This document shows, in pieces, positions 27,173 through 40,020 of a DNA stretch of 64,000 nucleotides (position 1 is the first letter of the stretch; each line of letters begins with the position of its first letter). A program made the position numbers and the translations under genes. A model generated the notes under the pieces. The model was not told the DNA's origin. It did not search any database and saw only the letters and a list, made by a program, of their open reading frames with translations. Origin of the DNA: Eledone cirrhosa (taxonomy: Eukaryota); assembly GCA_964016885.1 (NCBI GenBank), contig OZ024755.1, positions 12,710,001 to 12,774,000 on the forward strand, given 5' to 3'.

Positions 27173-27234
<62 letters not shown>

Positions 27235-27417
27235 TATATATATATATGTCTATATATATATATATATGTCTATATATATATGTCTATATATATATATATA
27301 TATGTCTATATATATATATATATATATGTCTATATATATATATATATATGTCTATATATATATATATATGTCTATATATATATATATATGTCTATATATA
27401 TATATATATATATATAA
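26545..27417. repeat. (TA)n array periodically interrupted by TGTC
   Basis: Repeating TGTC(TA)n units. Confidence 0.95.
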
Positions 27418-27702
27418 ATTGATGCTATATATAAAAAAAGTCAAAGCCTGCATCATGACCTGCATCTCATCTTTAATTAGATTTTTAGCCAGGTAAATAT
27501 ATCCACTGCCAGGCAATTGATACATGATCAACTGAAATTATATAGGTATTTGCTATATTTTTTTCTTTCATGTTGATACATTGATCGATACAACGATATA
27601 ATTGGCTACACTCACAACATCCCACATTTGGTAAAATAATGTTATGATCGTAACATTTAACTGCCATGGTGTAATATGTCACTATTGAATATATTTCAGC
27701 TA

Positions 27703-28375
27703 TGCTTGTTGCTGCTGTTGTTGTTGTTGGTGGTGGTAATTGTCGTGGTTGTGGTGGTTGTGGTGGTGGTGGTTGTGGTGCTGGTGCTGGTGGTGATGGT
27801 TGTGGTGCTGGTGGTGGTGGTGGTGGTAATTGTCGTGGTTGTGGTGGTTGTGGTGGCGGTGGTGGTGGTGCTGGTTGTGGTGGTGGTGGTGCTGGTGGTG
27901 GTGGTGCTGGTGGTGGTGGTGATGGTTGTGGTGCTGGTGGTGATGGTTGTGGTGCTGGTGGTGGTGGTGATGGTTGTGGTGCTGGTGGTGTGATGGTGGT
28001 GGTGCTAGTGGTGGTGTTGGTGGTGATGTTTGTGGTGCTGGTGGTGTGATGGTGGTGGTGTGATGGTGGTGATGTGGTGGTGGTGTGATGGTGGTGGTGT
28101 GATGGTGGTGGTGGTGGTGGTGGTGTGATGGTGGTGGTGCTGGTTCTTGTTGTTGGTGGTGCTGGTTGTTGTTGTTGGTTGTGGTTGTTGTTATTGGTGG
28201 TGGTTGTGGTGATGATGGTGGTGTGATGGTGGTGGTCGTGGTGGTGATGGTAGTGGTTGTGGTGATTGTGGTGGTGGTGATGATTGTGGTAGTGATTGTG
28301 GTGATTGGTGATGTTGGTAGTGGTTGTTGGTTGTTGTTGGTGGTGGTGGTGGTGGTGGTGGTGTTGGTGGTGGTC
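27703..28375. repeat. (GGT)n-type degenerate trinucleotide tract
   Basis: GGT/GTT/GAT/GCT units. Confidence 0.9.
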
Positions 28376-28877
28376 CTTTTTTTATTGTTTTATGAAATAC
28401 TCTCTGTGATAAAGGCGGCGAATTGGCAGAGTCGTTAGGTCTGTCTCGAGCCCGGAGGCCCATCAGGCTGGTGCTTACCCCGGTTTCCTTAGCGTAAAGC
28501 GACTGAGAGTACAGGACTCCAATCCATTTGTATGCAAAAGATTTTGTTAGGTCTTTTGTTTGGGTTCTACATCAAGTTTGACATTTGACTGGCAGACTGA
28601 CTTGTTTAAAGAAATCAACTAAGATATTTGAGACAATCTAGAAGGTTATATTGCTCGAAGAACATTCTTTCTTCGAGAAATACACCAAATTAACTCGTAT
28701 ATTTGTTAATCTATCCCAACGTTAAATATCGGTTACATTCCGAGATATTGCTTTCATTAGTAACATGTTTCTTCGGGCTCGGATGAATTGGTTTAGCAGG
28801 CCACTTTACAATAAACAAAACCCAGGATTTCGTGGTATCTTGAGCAAATGTCTTTACCATAGTTTCAAGTCGATTAA

Positions 28878-29087
28878 CCTTTTAGCATTTAAACTTGCCA
28901 TATCCGACCAGAATTCTCTCTCCTCTTTCTGTTCAATCTGACTGTAACTGGCTGCTCATACTGATGTTAAGGTATTGTTCTCAAAATAAATACTATAAAA
29001 ATATCATAGCTTCGATATTATGTGAGATATTATGTGAGATACCATGAAAATATAATTGTAAATATAGAGTAATGTAAACGCTAAAGG
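28878..29087. mobile_element. Second, older copy of the piggyBac-type MITE (opposite orientation)
   Basis: TTAACCTTTTAGCATTT ... TGTAAACGCTAAAGG; internal sequence is reverse-complement similar to 2639-2835. Confidence 0.7.
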
Positions 29088-30309
29088 CCTTTTCAGAGAA
29101 ATTGGAGAGACGGAAACGATGTTAAAACCTGTCGGATTGATTGTATCTGTAATTCAAAGGACATAGCAATATTTCTAATAATTTTTCATGGGTCTGCTCA
29201 ATTAAAATTAACATGGTGCTAAACATCAACAATAACATCACCGATTTCATCTCTCTTCTCTTTTACCAATAACTCCCTAAGAAGTCGTAGAGGTGCTGTT
29301 TTAACATATCTGGGGCATATTTTAAAACCTGGCAGAGCCCATCTCCTCTCTGAGTCTGAATACAGCAGATTTCTTCCAGAGAAAGATAAAGAATGAAAGA
29401 ATGGAAATGAGAAGTATCGATCCCAGTACTAGATTAGATTTCATCTAATTCAGTGTAAAGCCCCAGTATTTTTAAAAGAAAATATAATGGAATCTTATGT
29501 TTATTCCAATTTAGTTTTTATTCCATTTGCTAGTTTTTATTTTATAAATATAGCATTAGATCATGGAGTGCTATGTATCTTAGTGATTTATTTTGTATCT
29601 ACTTTTATTTTATTCAATCCAAAAATGATATAAAGAACAGATACAGTATCTTGGTAACGAGTGATTATTCATTAATTTTTTTTTTCAACTTGATCTTGTC
29701 AACAAAAATTTGTCAACTGTATTTTTAGCAACAAGACTTTTTCAATAATAACCTCATCACATTTTCTCACAGCACTCCATAAACATCCAGCATTAATACA
29801 ATTATGCAATTTAATTTCATTCACTTCTTTGTTTTTTTTTTTGTTAAGAAACTTTTAGTAGAAATCTTGTATTTTTTTTTTAGACTCACCTTGAGGTAAA
29901 AGTGAGTATTTTAATCGGGCATACACACGCATGGCTGAGAAAATAATTTACTTTCTGCGGTTGGAGAGGATGTGCGGGTGTAGTGGTGGGAAGGAGGCGG
30001 GTTAGATGAAGAGAATGAGAGAATAAATATCAGTGGCTTTTTTAATGTTCTTTCAACATGTTTATTTAACGTTGTTTATTGTGTGTATTCCAGATAATTC
30101 TGGTCGAGAACGTATCCTAGAAATTATATAAGAGAACAGGAAAATACTTTATAAGAATATAATTGATGAAATATTACTGTTTAAATGTGAGTTAGTAGTT
30201 AGGGTGTTTGTACGGCTATATATTCATATATCTTTTAATTTTGAATTATATATACACACACACACACACACGCATATATATATATATATATATTATACAT
30301 ATATGTTTT

Positions 30310-30353
<44 letters not shown>

Positions 30354-30394
30354 CATATGTTTTACACACACACATACATATATATATACATATA

Positions 30395-30484
30395 TAACGA
30401 AGGAGTTGTGGTAAGGAACCAGATGAGTCCAGAAATACCCGTCGAAACGGCTTGAGCTCTGCCGTCGGGGTCATACTTTTTCCT
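30395..30484. mobile_element. Family A mini-copy (inverted tail end fused to HHR half)
   Basis: AACGAAGGAGTTGTGGTAAGGAACCAGATG followed by AGTCCAGAAATACCCGTCGAAACGGC..TTTTTCCTA. Confidence 0.75.
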
Positions 30485-30675
30485 ATATACATATATATTT
30501 TTGTATAGAAGATTAAACAGAGTTCAGACAATGACGTCCTTGGAACATTTTTGGTCTCATAAAACCTGCAAATATGTAGACTCTGGGAGTGTGATTGCAT
30601 ATTTCTACACACTATCATATATGCGTGTGTTGTTGTGTGTGTGCGTGTTTATAGAAACATGATGAATGTTGGTAT

Positions 30676-30717
<42 letters not shown>

Positions 30718-30931
30718 GGAGGGTGACACGAAAGAGCCTGGAAAGGTCCGAATCACATCAACTCCGCAGAATGAATTATGAATGAATGGGAGTGTCCGTA
30801 TTAGTGAATGTTGGTTTGTGTGTACTCGTGTATTTGTGAGTGTTAGTATGAGCATGTGTCAGTGTGTGTATGTGTGTGTGTATGTGCTAAAGTGTATGTG
30901 AGTATTAGTGTGAATAAGAGCGTATGTTTTA

Positions 30932-30972
<41 letters not shown>

Positions 30973-31139
30973 TGTGAATATGAGCGTGTGTGTTAGTGTG
31001 TGTATGTGTGTGTTTTAGTGTATGTGTGTGTGAGTTAGTGTGTGTGTATATGTGTTAGTGTATGTGTTAGTGTGTGTGTTAGCGTGTGTGTGTGTATGTA
31101 TGTGTTAGTGTGTGTGTGTTAGTGTGTGTGTATATGTGT

Positions 31140-31206
<67 letters not shown>

Positions 31207-31843
31207 TCAGAGGTGCCTGCATATAATGACTTCCATTTGTCTTGTCATATAAACTAACAAAGGAAAAATCTAAAAATCTAAACGAAATATGTCTGAACAC
31301 ATTAATATGCATGACGTCATTAAAGTTACTCGTCTCATCCCAAACTTTATACATTTCGGCGGCAGGGGTGAGGGCTGTAAGCTACGGTGACCCCAGCATA
31401 GGTTCTTTCTAGAACACGACTCGTCACCCCCCAGCTCACTCTATCTCAAACAGGATGTAGGGAGACTGACACATTTCATCATCTTCATCATTTCCATCTT
31501 CCAATCTTACCCCCTCTCATCTCTCACCTTTCCTAAATCTCTTTCCATCTCTCTTTCCTCACCCCCATTTTCTCTGCGTATGGATATATAAAAATGTGTT
31601 TGTGTATGTATTTATTTGTAAGTATATATATATATATATATGTGTGTGGGTGTGTGTATATAGTATATATGTATATATATATAAGTTAAAACAATGAAAT
31701 AAAAATTCAAGTCATTAGAGATATACTTCACTGCTTTACGATCGTTTCTAGGTGACGATAATACATCGTAACTATATTTCGTTATCGATCTATGTAAGGT
31801 TAGTTACAATATATCAGATAAGGAAAAATATTTACTTACATAT

Positions 31844-32008
31844 AGGAAAATGTTTAACCCTGACGGCAGAGCTCAAGCCGTTTCGTCGAAAAGGCTTGAT
31901 CTCTGCCGTCGGGGTTAAACATTTTCCTATTACCCACTCTACTACCCTACGTATTGAGTACTCTGGTGCGTTATGGTCCATCTGGTTCCTTACCACACCT
32001 CCTTTGTT
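31844..32008 (+). mobile_element. Family A fold-back
   Basis: Arms centred on TTTCGTCGAAA, plus tail. Confidence 0.8.
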
Positions 32009-32212
32009 ATATATATATATACACACACACACAGACACACACGTAGATGTATTTATATATATGTATGTGTATATATAGACGTATATATATATATGTGTGT
32101 GTGTGTGTACGTATATGTATAAAGAATGATGTACTCATGCGCATAGATGCTATAAAATAGTTTATAAAATAGAGTGAATACCCTTAAAAGACGGGAAACG
32201 GAGATGCCATAA

Positions 32213-32285
32213 GCCGCCGTGAGGAATCGAACCTCACATCTCCAAGATACCGGTTAAGCGCTTTTAAACACTAAACCAAGGGATC
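32213..32285 (-). pseudogene. tRNA-like sequence (73 nt, decayed, possibly Thr-like)
   Basis: Minus strand: TGGTTTAGTGTTTAAAAGCG A-box-like, perfect T arm TGAGG-TTCGATT-CCTCA, 3' CGGCGGC. Acceptor and anticodon stems are imperfect. Confidence 0.65.
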
Positions 32286-32574
32286 TTGCCGTCATAAATT
32301 AAGTGGATATCTGAATCACAACAGTTAACTTTATCTTCCCAGCGCTTTGTAAGAGTCCGAGAGATTGGCTACACACTCATGCAAAGATACACACACTAAT
32401 AAACACACACATACGAACATAGATATATACATACATGCACATCCATCCACACATATAAACACATACGCACACGTAGATACAAACATACATAGACATACAT
32501 ACACACTCATACGTAGATACATACGTATGTGTGTGTGTGTGTATGTGTACATACATATACAAATACACTCACAC

Positions 32575-32607
<33 letters not shown>

Positions 32608-32690
32608 CACATACATACATATATATATATACATACCTACATACATACATACATACATACACAAATACATCCACACATACAGACATTCAA

Positions 32691-32729
<39 letters not shown>

Positions 32730-33118
32730 CACACATACATCCACATACATACATACACAAATACATCCACACATACATACATACACCAACACATCCTTAC
32801 ACGACTGTTCGCTTGTCTATGTGACCTTTTCCACATGAATAAAGTCGTCTGAAATCAATGAAAAACTGTTACAACCCTCCAGAGAAGTCTTGTGTTCCTC
32901 CTCGTTCCCTGTAAAGGATCTCTTGGAATGGAAACAACAGCAATAATTATTGTAATCACGACAATAGTACCAATGAAAATAATAATGACGTTGACAAAAA
33001 TAACAACAACAGCAATAATAACAACAACAACAACAACAGCAATAACAACAACAAAAGCAACAACAACAACAATAATAATAACAACATCAGTAATAACAAC
33101 AACAACAACAACAACAAC

Positions 33119-33500
33119 AATTGTTTCTACTTTAGGCACAAGGCCAGCAAATACCCAGTGCATTACTGGTACTTTATTTTATCGACGCCGTAAGGATGAA
33201 AGGCAAAGTCAACCTCGGCGGGATTTGAACTCAGACCGTAAAGGGACGTAACTATGCTAGAAATCATGGCGTCCAACCCTCTACCGATTAGATTGGCAGT
33301 ATCGGTAGAGCGTCAGACACTATGCTTTGCAGCACAGAGTTACGGCCCTTTACTGGCTGAGTTCAAATCCCGCCGAGGTTAACTTTGCCTTTCATCCTTA
33401 CGGGGTCGATAAAATAAAGCACCAGCAACGTACTGGGGTCGATTTAATCGACTTTCCCTACCCCCAAATTACTGGCCTTGTGCCTATACTAGAAATCAAT
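33119..33500. mobile_element. Head-to-head SINE S1 pair (33119-33289 minus, 33291-33500 plus)
   Basis: Two S1 copies diverge from CTACCGATTAGATTGGCAG. Confidence 0.85.
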
Positions 33501-33644
33501 AATGTGAACAATGAAAAATGTATATGTGGAACTATTGATTTCTCTTGTCAAAAAGATCAGCACGAGGTCAGTATTGATAGGAGAATGACATGGTTGAGTG
33601 AGTTGACTTCAGTAGATTGTATTAGTTTAAAATGACCGATATAA

Positions 33645-33724
<80 letters not shown>

Positions 33725-33872
33725 AAGTAAACGAAGTCACTGATTTTTCGGTAAGGAAACCATTATGAATTAATTTGTGATTGACACTGAGTTGACATAG
33801 AAATGCATATGCTATATAAATGGCCTAGCTTTCTTCAGTATTGGCAATAATTAAGAATATTGTCATCTTATG

Positions 33873-33921
<49 letters not shown>

Positions 33922-33929
<8 letters not shown>

Positions 33930-34658
33930 GAGAGGTATAGAGATTGTTTTAGCAAGAAGCTAACGGCATTCTATAACATATATGCGACTATAACGTCAAG
34001 ATGGGAAAAGTAGTTAACGAAAGATTTAGGAAAAATAACTCAAACTCATCTCAAAAGAGAATCAGGATACAAATTCATCCACAGAATTTAGTGAAATCCA
34101 GGGATAAATCTATAGACCTTTAACTCATGATAAAATAAAGTTTGAAACACTTATCCTTCAATTTGGAATAACATCAAATGCTCTGTATAGTTTTAAAAGA
34201 CTATTTCATGAAAACTTTCAGTGGAGATGGTCACGGTTGGATTTCATTCATCAGCAGAGCTCAACAGAAAACCAGGGCTCTCACAGTAATATAATCCGAA
34301 AAAGGGAATTCTAAAACTGGCTAGTTCGCCTTCATGTGTAATTATGAAAAAGCACATGAGGAAAAAACGGGGCTAGTGACGTCAGGATGGAAGTGAATGT
34401 TTATTTACAAGAAATAGCAGTCAAATACATTCTGAAAAAAACTCTACAAAAGGAGTTCAGCAAAATAGCAATAATTATCACAGTTTTTATGAAAAAAACC
34501 GGGATTAGTCACAGATAGTTTAAGCACTCTAGGAAAAGAATCCGAGTATAAATATAAATGAGAGGTATAGAGATTGTTTTAGCAAGAAGCTAACGGCATT
34601 CTATAACATATATGCGACTATAACGTCAAGATGGGAAAAGTAGTTAACGAAAGATTTA
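33922..34658 (-). mobile_element. Retrozyme-like non-coding element: 630-bp unit with 107-bp direct terminal repeat
   Basis: 33922-34028 is identical to 34552-34658. Internal HHR, no ORF of 60 aa or more, (TA)n on both sides. Confidence 0.8.
34180..34260 (-). ncRNA. Type I hammerhead ribozyme
   Basis: Minus strand: GCTCTG CTGATGA ATGAAA-(28 nt)-TTTCAT GAAA TAGT-CTTTTAAA-ACTA TA CAGAGC. Confidence 0.9.
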
Positions 34659-34814
34659 TATATATATATATATATGCAGAGATTATATTTAATTTGTTGG
34701 GATTCAACCAACAAACTTAAAACATTTTATAACTAATATAAAGCACTCAAAAGATTAGTGGAGTAAATATTCAATATATTAATAAATGGAAACTATATTT
34801 ATAAAACCATAATC

Positions 34815-34878
34815 ATTTTATTATATATATTTCAAGGGCAACCAAGGCAAATTATGGTGCGCTTTCATCAGATAAAAT
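34815..34878 (-). ncRNA. Type I hammerhead ribozyme (element 34676-34952)
   Basis: Minus strand: ATTTTAT CTGATGA AAGCGCACCA-loop-TGGTTGCCCTT GAAA TATATA TA ATAAAAT. Confidence 0.85.
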
Positions 34879-34948
34879 ACAGATTTGTTTAATAAATAAA
34901 TATTGACATACCCGGAAAAAAGACAATCTTAACGGTTGAAGCTTCCTG

Positions 34949-35004
<56 letters not shown>

Positions 35005-35007
<3 letters not shown>

Positions 35008-35262
35008 CGAAGGAAGTGTGGTAAGGAACCAGATGGACCATAACGCACCAGAGTACTCAATACTTAGGGAAGAAGAGTGGGTAATAGGAAAAAGTTTAAC
35101 CCCGACGCCAGAGCTCAAGCCGTTTCGACGAAATAGCCGTCGAAACAGCTTGAGCTCTGCCGTCGGGGTCATACTTTCTCCTATTACCCACTCTACTACC
35201 CTAAGTATTGAGTAGTCTGGTGCGTTATGGTCCATCTGGTTCCTTACCACAATTCCTCCGTT
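35005..35262. mobile_element. Family A full palindrome (both arms with tails)
   Basis: About 120-bp arms with several mismatches around ACGAAATAGCCGT. Confidence 0.85.
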
Positions 35263-35413
35263 ATATATATATATATATATACATTCCGTATATAAGGATG
35301 CAATTCACTTGTAGCACTCAACGTCATATTACTTCCTAAAAACAAGGATGACGGAGTATATTAATAAAGAGGAAAATGCGAAGTTAAAGATGTTAGGGTC
35401 CTTTATTAATTGA

Positions 35414-35464
35414 GCCGTTATACATATTTCAATGACAATATATATCGTGATTTCTTCAGACAGC
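35414..35464 (-). ncRNA. Type I hammerhead ribozyme (element from 35281)
   Basis: Minus strand: GCTGT CTGAAGA AATC-ACGAT-ATAT-ATTGT-CATT GAAA TATGTA TA ACGGC. Confidence 0.75.
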
Positions 35465-36059
35465 AAAAACTGATATACACATATACAAATATTCATACGT
35501 GTAATATATACATATAGTGTATATAAGATGGATGTTCCTTCATGGTCCCAGAAGACAGAATAGGATACTACAGAGTATAAACGATAAATTCATGTTCAGT
35601 GCCATACAATACTATTTCTAATACTCCTTACATTGTTTCTTAAACTTTTTTCTTTCGCGACCAAATTTTACCAGACGAATTTTCTCGTGATCCACTTTCA
35701 GTCATATAAAATTCAATAAAAAAAAACCAATACATTACAGTACTACAAACTATAACGAGATATATCAATACATTTTTTATACATGGTTCCCAGTCGCTAT
35801 TTCTATTGTAACACACTGCTGTTATACATACTACTGTGTCGTCTGGCTTTTATAATCGTGATTTGTTGCACTGATCTCTTTTAAAATCCTATTCCCGGTA
35901 GCTATTTAGATATTTCTATTATAACAGCCCTGTTACTTTCCTTTATTCATTTTTGTGCACTTATTGTTATATGTACACATACACACACAAACATATATAT
36001 ATATACACACACATACAGACAGACAGATACGTACATACATACAAATATATACATATATA

Positions 36060-36149
36060 CAGGGTGGCACAAAAGTCACGCACCACCCTAACCACAAGAA
36101 AAACAGTTTATATAGGATTAATCGTTATATTATGGCAAAGTAGCCCACC

Positions 36150-36152
<3 letters not shown>
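36060..36152. mobile_element. Tc1/mariner-type mini-MITE
   Basis: TA|CAGGGTGG ... CCACCCTG|TA. Confidence 0.65.
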
Positions 36153-36211
<59 letters not shown>

Positions 36212-36430
36212 ATTCATTCATTCATTTCTTTATATTTGCGTGTGTATTTGAAAAAATGTAGTTCAATATTTATTGAAATAAAACTTACTGAATGCTGAAC
36301 AAGAAAAAATGGATGCTTTGTTTAGTTTTCCGGTTTTACGATGTCATTTATTCGCTGAAAGCCCGAGCACAATCACATACAATGATATGTATTTTCTCAT
36401 CGACCCATAAATAATTGTATGGAATGTATG

Positions 36431-36555
<125 letters not shown>

Positions 36556-36706
36556 ATGTATACATGTGTATGTGTGTGTATATATATCTATGTACGTGTA
36601 TATGTGTATATATATAAGCGTACATGTACACACATATATATATACATATGTATATATATATATATATATATATGCGTATATGTATATATATATACCCATG
36701 TATTCA

Positions 36707-36761
<55 letters not shown>

Positions 36762-37181
36762 ATGTATATATGTATGTGTGTGTATATGTGTGCATGCATG
36801 TATAGGTATATATGTTATATATATATATTAATATATAGGTGTATATGTTATATATGTATGTATGTTCATATACCCACACCAGTATACAGCTTTTATATTA
36901 ATGTATAAATACGCATTACTTTACATCTCTCCCTCTCCCCCTCCCTCCCTCTCTCCCTCTCCCTCAACTTAATCTCAGAAGAATTATTTCACTCGTTCCT
37001 TTTCTTTCTCTCTGTTGCTCTCACTCTTTCTCCCTCTCTTGAAAATATCTTTTAAAACTTTGTGACGTTTCAATGCCCAACAATATCTAACCATCGTACA
37101 GCAATGTCTTACCACAACAAAACATTGTTCACATTTTCAACAGAAGTTTCTCTTCGCCTCCGCGTTTCCATTATACCTATA

Positions 37182-37790
37182 TGGTGGCTGCCAACTCGTT
37201 TTCGAGTACGGCCACTACTTTATATCCATGTAGGAGAACCCCCACCGATGCGCTGAACGAGTGTGACTTTTTAGTCCAGCCAGCGACTTGAAAACTCTGG
37301 TACAAACACTACACTTGTGACAATTATTGACACTTAGTGCTGGGCCCATGGTACCATGTGACCACAAGTGCAGAGAGATCTCCAGATATAAAGCAATGCC
37401 TGTGCCGTGAAGCTTTTATAGTGAGCAAAGACACTGCACAAAGCCAGTCCCACTCTCTTAACCAAGATGATATTTACCAAAAAGAAGAACAAGTCAACAT
37501 CATTGGATACCACCAGGGTTGCAGGTGTTATATCAGAGTTTTCCTTCTCCTAGAATTCTGCCTTGACAAAGGCTAAAGGGTCATCTCTCCCGGTGATTTT
37601 AGATGGCCATTGACTCTTAAGAGCTCCTTTGCCCTTTGACAGGTTTTGTTTTTAGTCCTGCAGGATGTCCAAAGTCACCCTCCTCACCAAGAAATCTTGG
37701 TGGGGTTGCCAGTTTAGTCGCCAACGACCCGACCATGAGACAGGTTGTACTGGGATACATGTTACCAGTAGCACCAACTGGTGACCTGAC
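37182..37790 (-). mobile_element. Non-autonomous RTE-derived element (5'UTR-like segment plus C-terminal C2H2 finger and 3' end)
   Basis: Minus strand has CTAGGAGAAGGAAAACTCTGA (RTE 5'UTR-like, recalled motif), then CSVCTRVFKSLAGLKSHTRSAH (37313-37248) and a stop at 37215. Second copy at 62461-62869. Confidence 0.65.
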
Positions 37791-38124
37791 ATACATACAT
37801 ACATACATACATACCCATCATTATTGGAGCTACAGGTTATATAGCAATCTGTTTGGACCAAACTATGACTGAACTTGGATTTGTGGGCAAAGAGTTCAGC
37901 TCCCTAATTCATAGACTACAAATGGCTGCGATAGCTGGCACCTTCAAAATTTGCAAAGCATTCTTGCGATTCAAGGGATGACAATTTCTTTTCTTTTACA
38001 ATCTTACCCCCAGGAAGGTGGCCGGTCAAAAATATACTCGAAATGAAGAGAAAGAGAAACATACAGTCAGACAGACAGACAGACAGACAGACATACAGAC
38101 AGACAGACAGACAGATAGATAGAT

Positions 38125-38300
38125 AATTGTTTCTACTGTTTGGCACAAGGCCAGCAATTATCCCAGTGTATTACTGGTACTTTATTTTATTGACCCCGTA
38201 AGGATGAAAGGCAAAGTTAACCTCGGCGGGATTTGAGCTCAGATCATAAAGAGCCGTAACTATGCTGCAAAGCATGGCGTCCGACCCTCTACCGATACTG
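38125..38300 (-). mobile_element. SINE S1
   Basis: Match to the S1 consensus. Confidence 0.85.
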
Positions 38301-38539
38301 GCTGCAACTCGATTTCGAGTAATGCCATCGCATGAACATCACGTACGTAGCTTTTTAGTCCTTGCCTATGGCCAGCAATACGATGCACCACAAAAAATGT
38401 CACATATCAAACGACACCTGTGCTTGAAGCTTTTTTTAAGTGAGGAAAGGTTTATACATTCTAACATTTTTTTTTTAAAAACGCCGTTGAAACGTCTGTC
38501 TAAACGCGAGCAAAAGTTAATGGCTGGTAGGTCGTTGTT

Positions 38540-38916
38540 TATCTGTCAGTCTATCTGTCAGTCTATCTGTCTTCTCGCTCTCTCTCTTTCTCTCTCTCTA
38601 TCACTCTCTTGACTGTCTGCCTCGCTCTCACACACTCTCTTTCTCTCTCTCTCTCTCTCAATCTCCCTGTCTCTCTTTTTCTGTGTCTCTTTCCTTGTCT
38701 GTCTGCCTCTTTCCTTGTCTGTCTGCCTCTCTCTCACACACTCCCTCTCTCTCTCCATCTGTCTTTCAATCTGTCTCTCTCCCTGTCTCTCTCTCTCTTG
38801 TCTGTCTGCCTCTCTCTCACTCACTCTCTCTCTCTCTGTCTTTCAGTGTTTGTCTCTCCCCCTGTCTGTTTGTCTTTCTCTCTCTCTCTGTCTGTTTGTC
38901 TCTCCCCCTGTCAGTT

Positions 38917-38965
<49 letters not shown>

Positions 38966-38990
38966 CTGTTTGTCTCTCCCCCTGTCTGTT

Positions 38991-39022
<32 letters not shown>

Positions 39023-39122
39023 AGTCTGTTTGTCTCTCTCCCTGTCTGTCTGTCTGTTTGTCTCTCCCCCTGTCTGTCTGTCTCACACTCTCTCTGTCGG
39101 TTTATCTATCTATCTACCTGTC
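38540..39122. repeat. (CT)n/(CTGT)n compound microsatellite
   Basis: Direct inspection. Confidence 0.9.
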
Positions 39123-39476
39123 ACTAAAACCTCCCACTACTAAATTAACTGGAACATCTAGAATTTATATTCTTCGTTCTCTATCTCCTCTATAGTAAGA
39201 CTGTCATTTCGTATCTGCCCTATAGTGCGGCTGTCATTTGTTCTCTATTATCTAGTCAGGCTGTCATCTCTCCTCTATCTAACCAGGCTGTCATTTCTTC
39301 TCTATTATACGTCAATAACATCAACTCCCTCAACAGTTTCGTTCTCTATAGAATGAATATTCAACACAATATATCAACGTATCACCACCCCACCACCACC
39401 ACCACCCCACTCTCAAAAGCGTGAACCTAATAAACTCATATGTGTACTGCCTCTGTTTTTATTCCCGTCTAAGACT

Positions 39477-39513
<37 letters not shown>

Positions 39514-39538
39514 AATGTAATCTTTTTTTTATATATAT

Positions 39539-39724
39539 AGGAAAATGTTTAACCCCGACGGCAGAACTCAAGCCGTTTCGACGGCTATTTATAGAAATAG
39601 CCGTCGAAACGGCTTGAGCTCGGCCGTCGGGGTTAAACATTTTCCTATTACCCACTCTACTACCCTAAGTATTGAGGACTCTGGTACGTTATGGTACATC
39701 TGGTTCCTTACCACACCTCCTTTG

Positions 39725-39726
<2 letters not shown>
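39539..39726 (+). mobile_element. Family A fold-back
   Basis: Arms centred on CTATTTATAGAAATAG, plus tail. Confidence 0.8.
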
Positions 39727-39762
<36 letters not shown>

Positions 39763-39763
<1 letters not shown>

Positions 39764-39988
39764 TTAAAATAACAGATTAAAGTTTAAGCAAAGAATCGCT
39801 GCTTTCACCCTTAACGGGATCTTCTGAAACTCCATTAAATCCCGTTAAGGGTGAAAGCAGCGATTCTTTGCTTAAACTTTAATCTGTTATTTTAATAAAT
39901 ATTTGCTCTACGGTTCTTATATATTTGATATATATTTATCCTTATCGAGTCCTCTTTGGATTTTAGTCTTCAAATTTATTATTATTAC

Positions 39989-39989
<1 letters not shown>
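39763..39989 (+). mobile_element. Family B fold-back with CAGAAGA HHR on minus strand (39781-39831)
   Basis: Perfect arms 39763-39820 / 39839-39896, tail to 39989. Confidence 0.85.

Positions 39990-40020
<31 letters not shown>

Noticed and set aside
26403-27496. Long ORFs (289-361 aa) and all other YI/CV/HT/SL/ER-rich ORFs
   Set aside because: They are translations of dinucleotide microsatellites that lack stop codons.
27676-28463. Gly/Val/Pro-rich ORFs (also 8612-9316, 32855-33251, 43985-44521)
   Set aside because: Trinucleotide low-complexity tracts open in several frames, with no domain or splice support.
32213-32285. Functional tRNA gene
   Set aside because: Acceptor and anticodon stems do not pair; treated as tRNA-derived.
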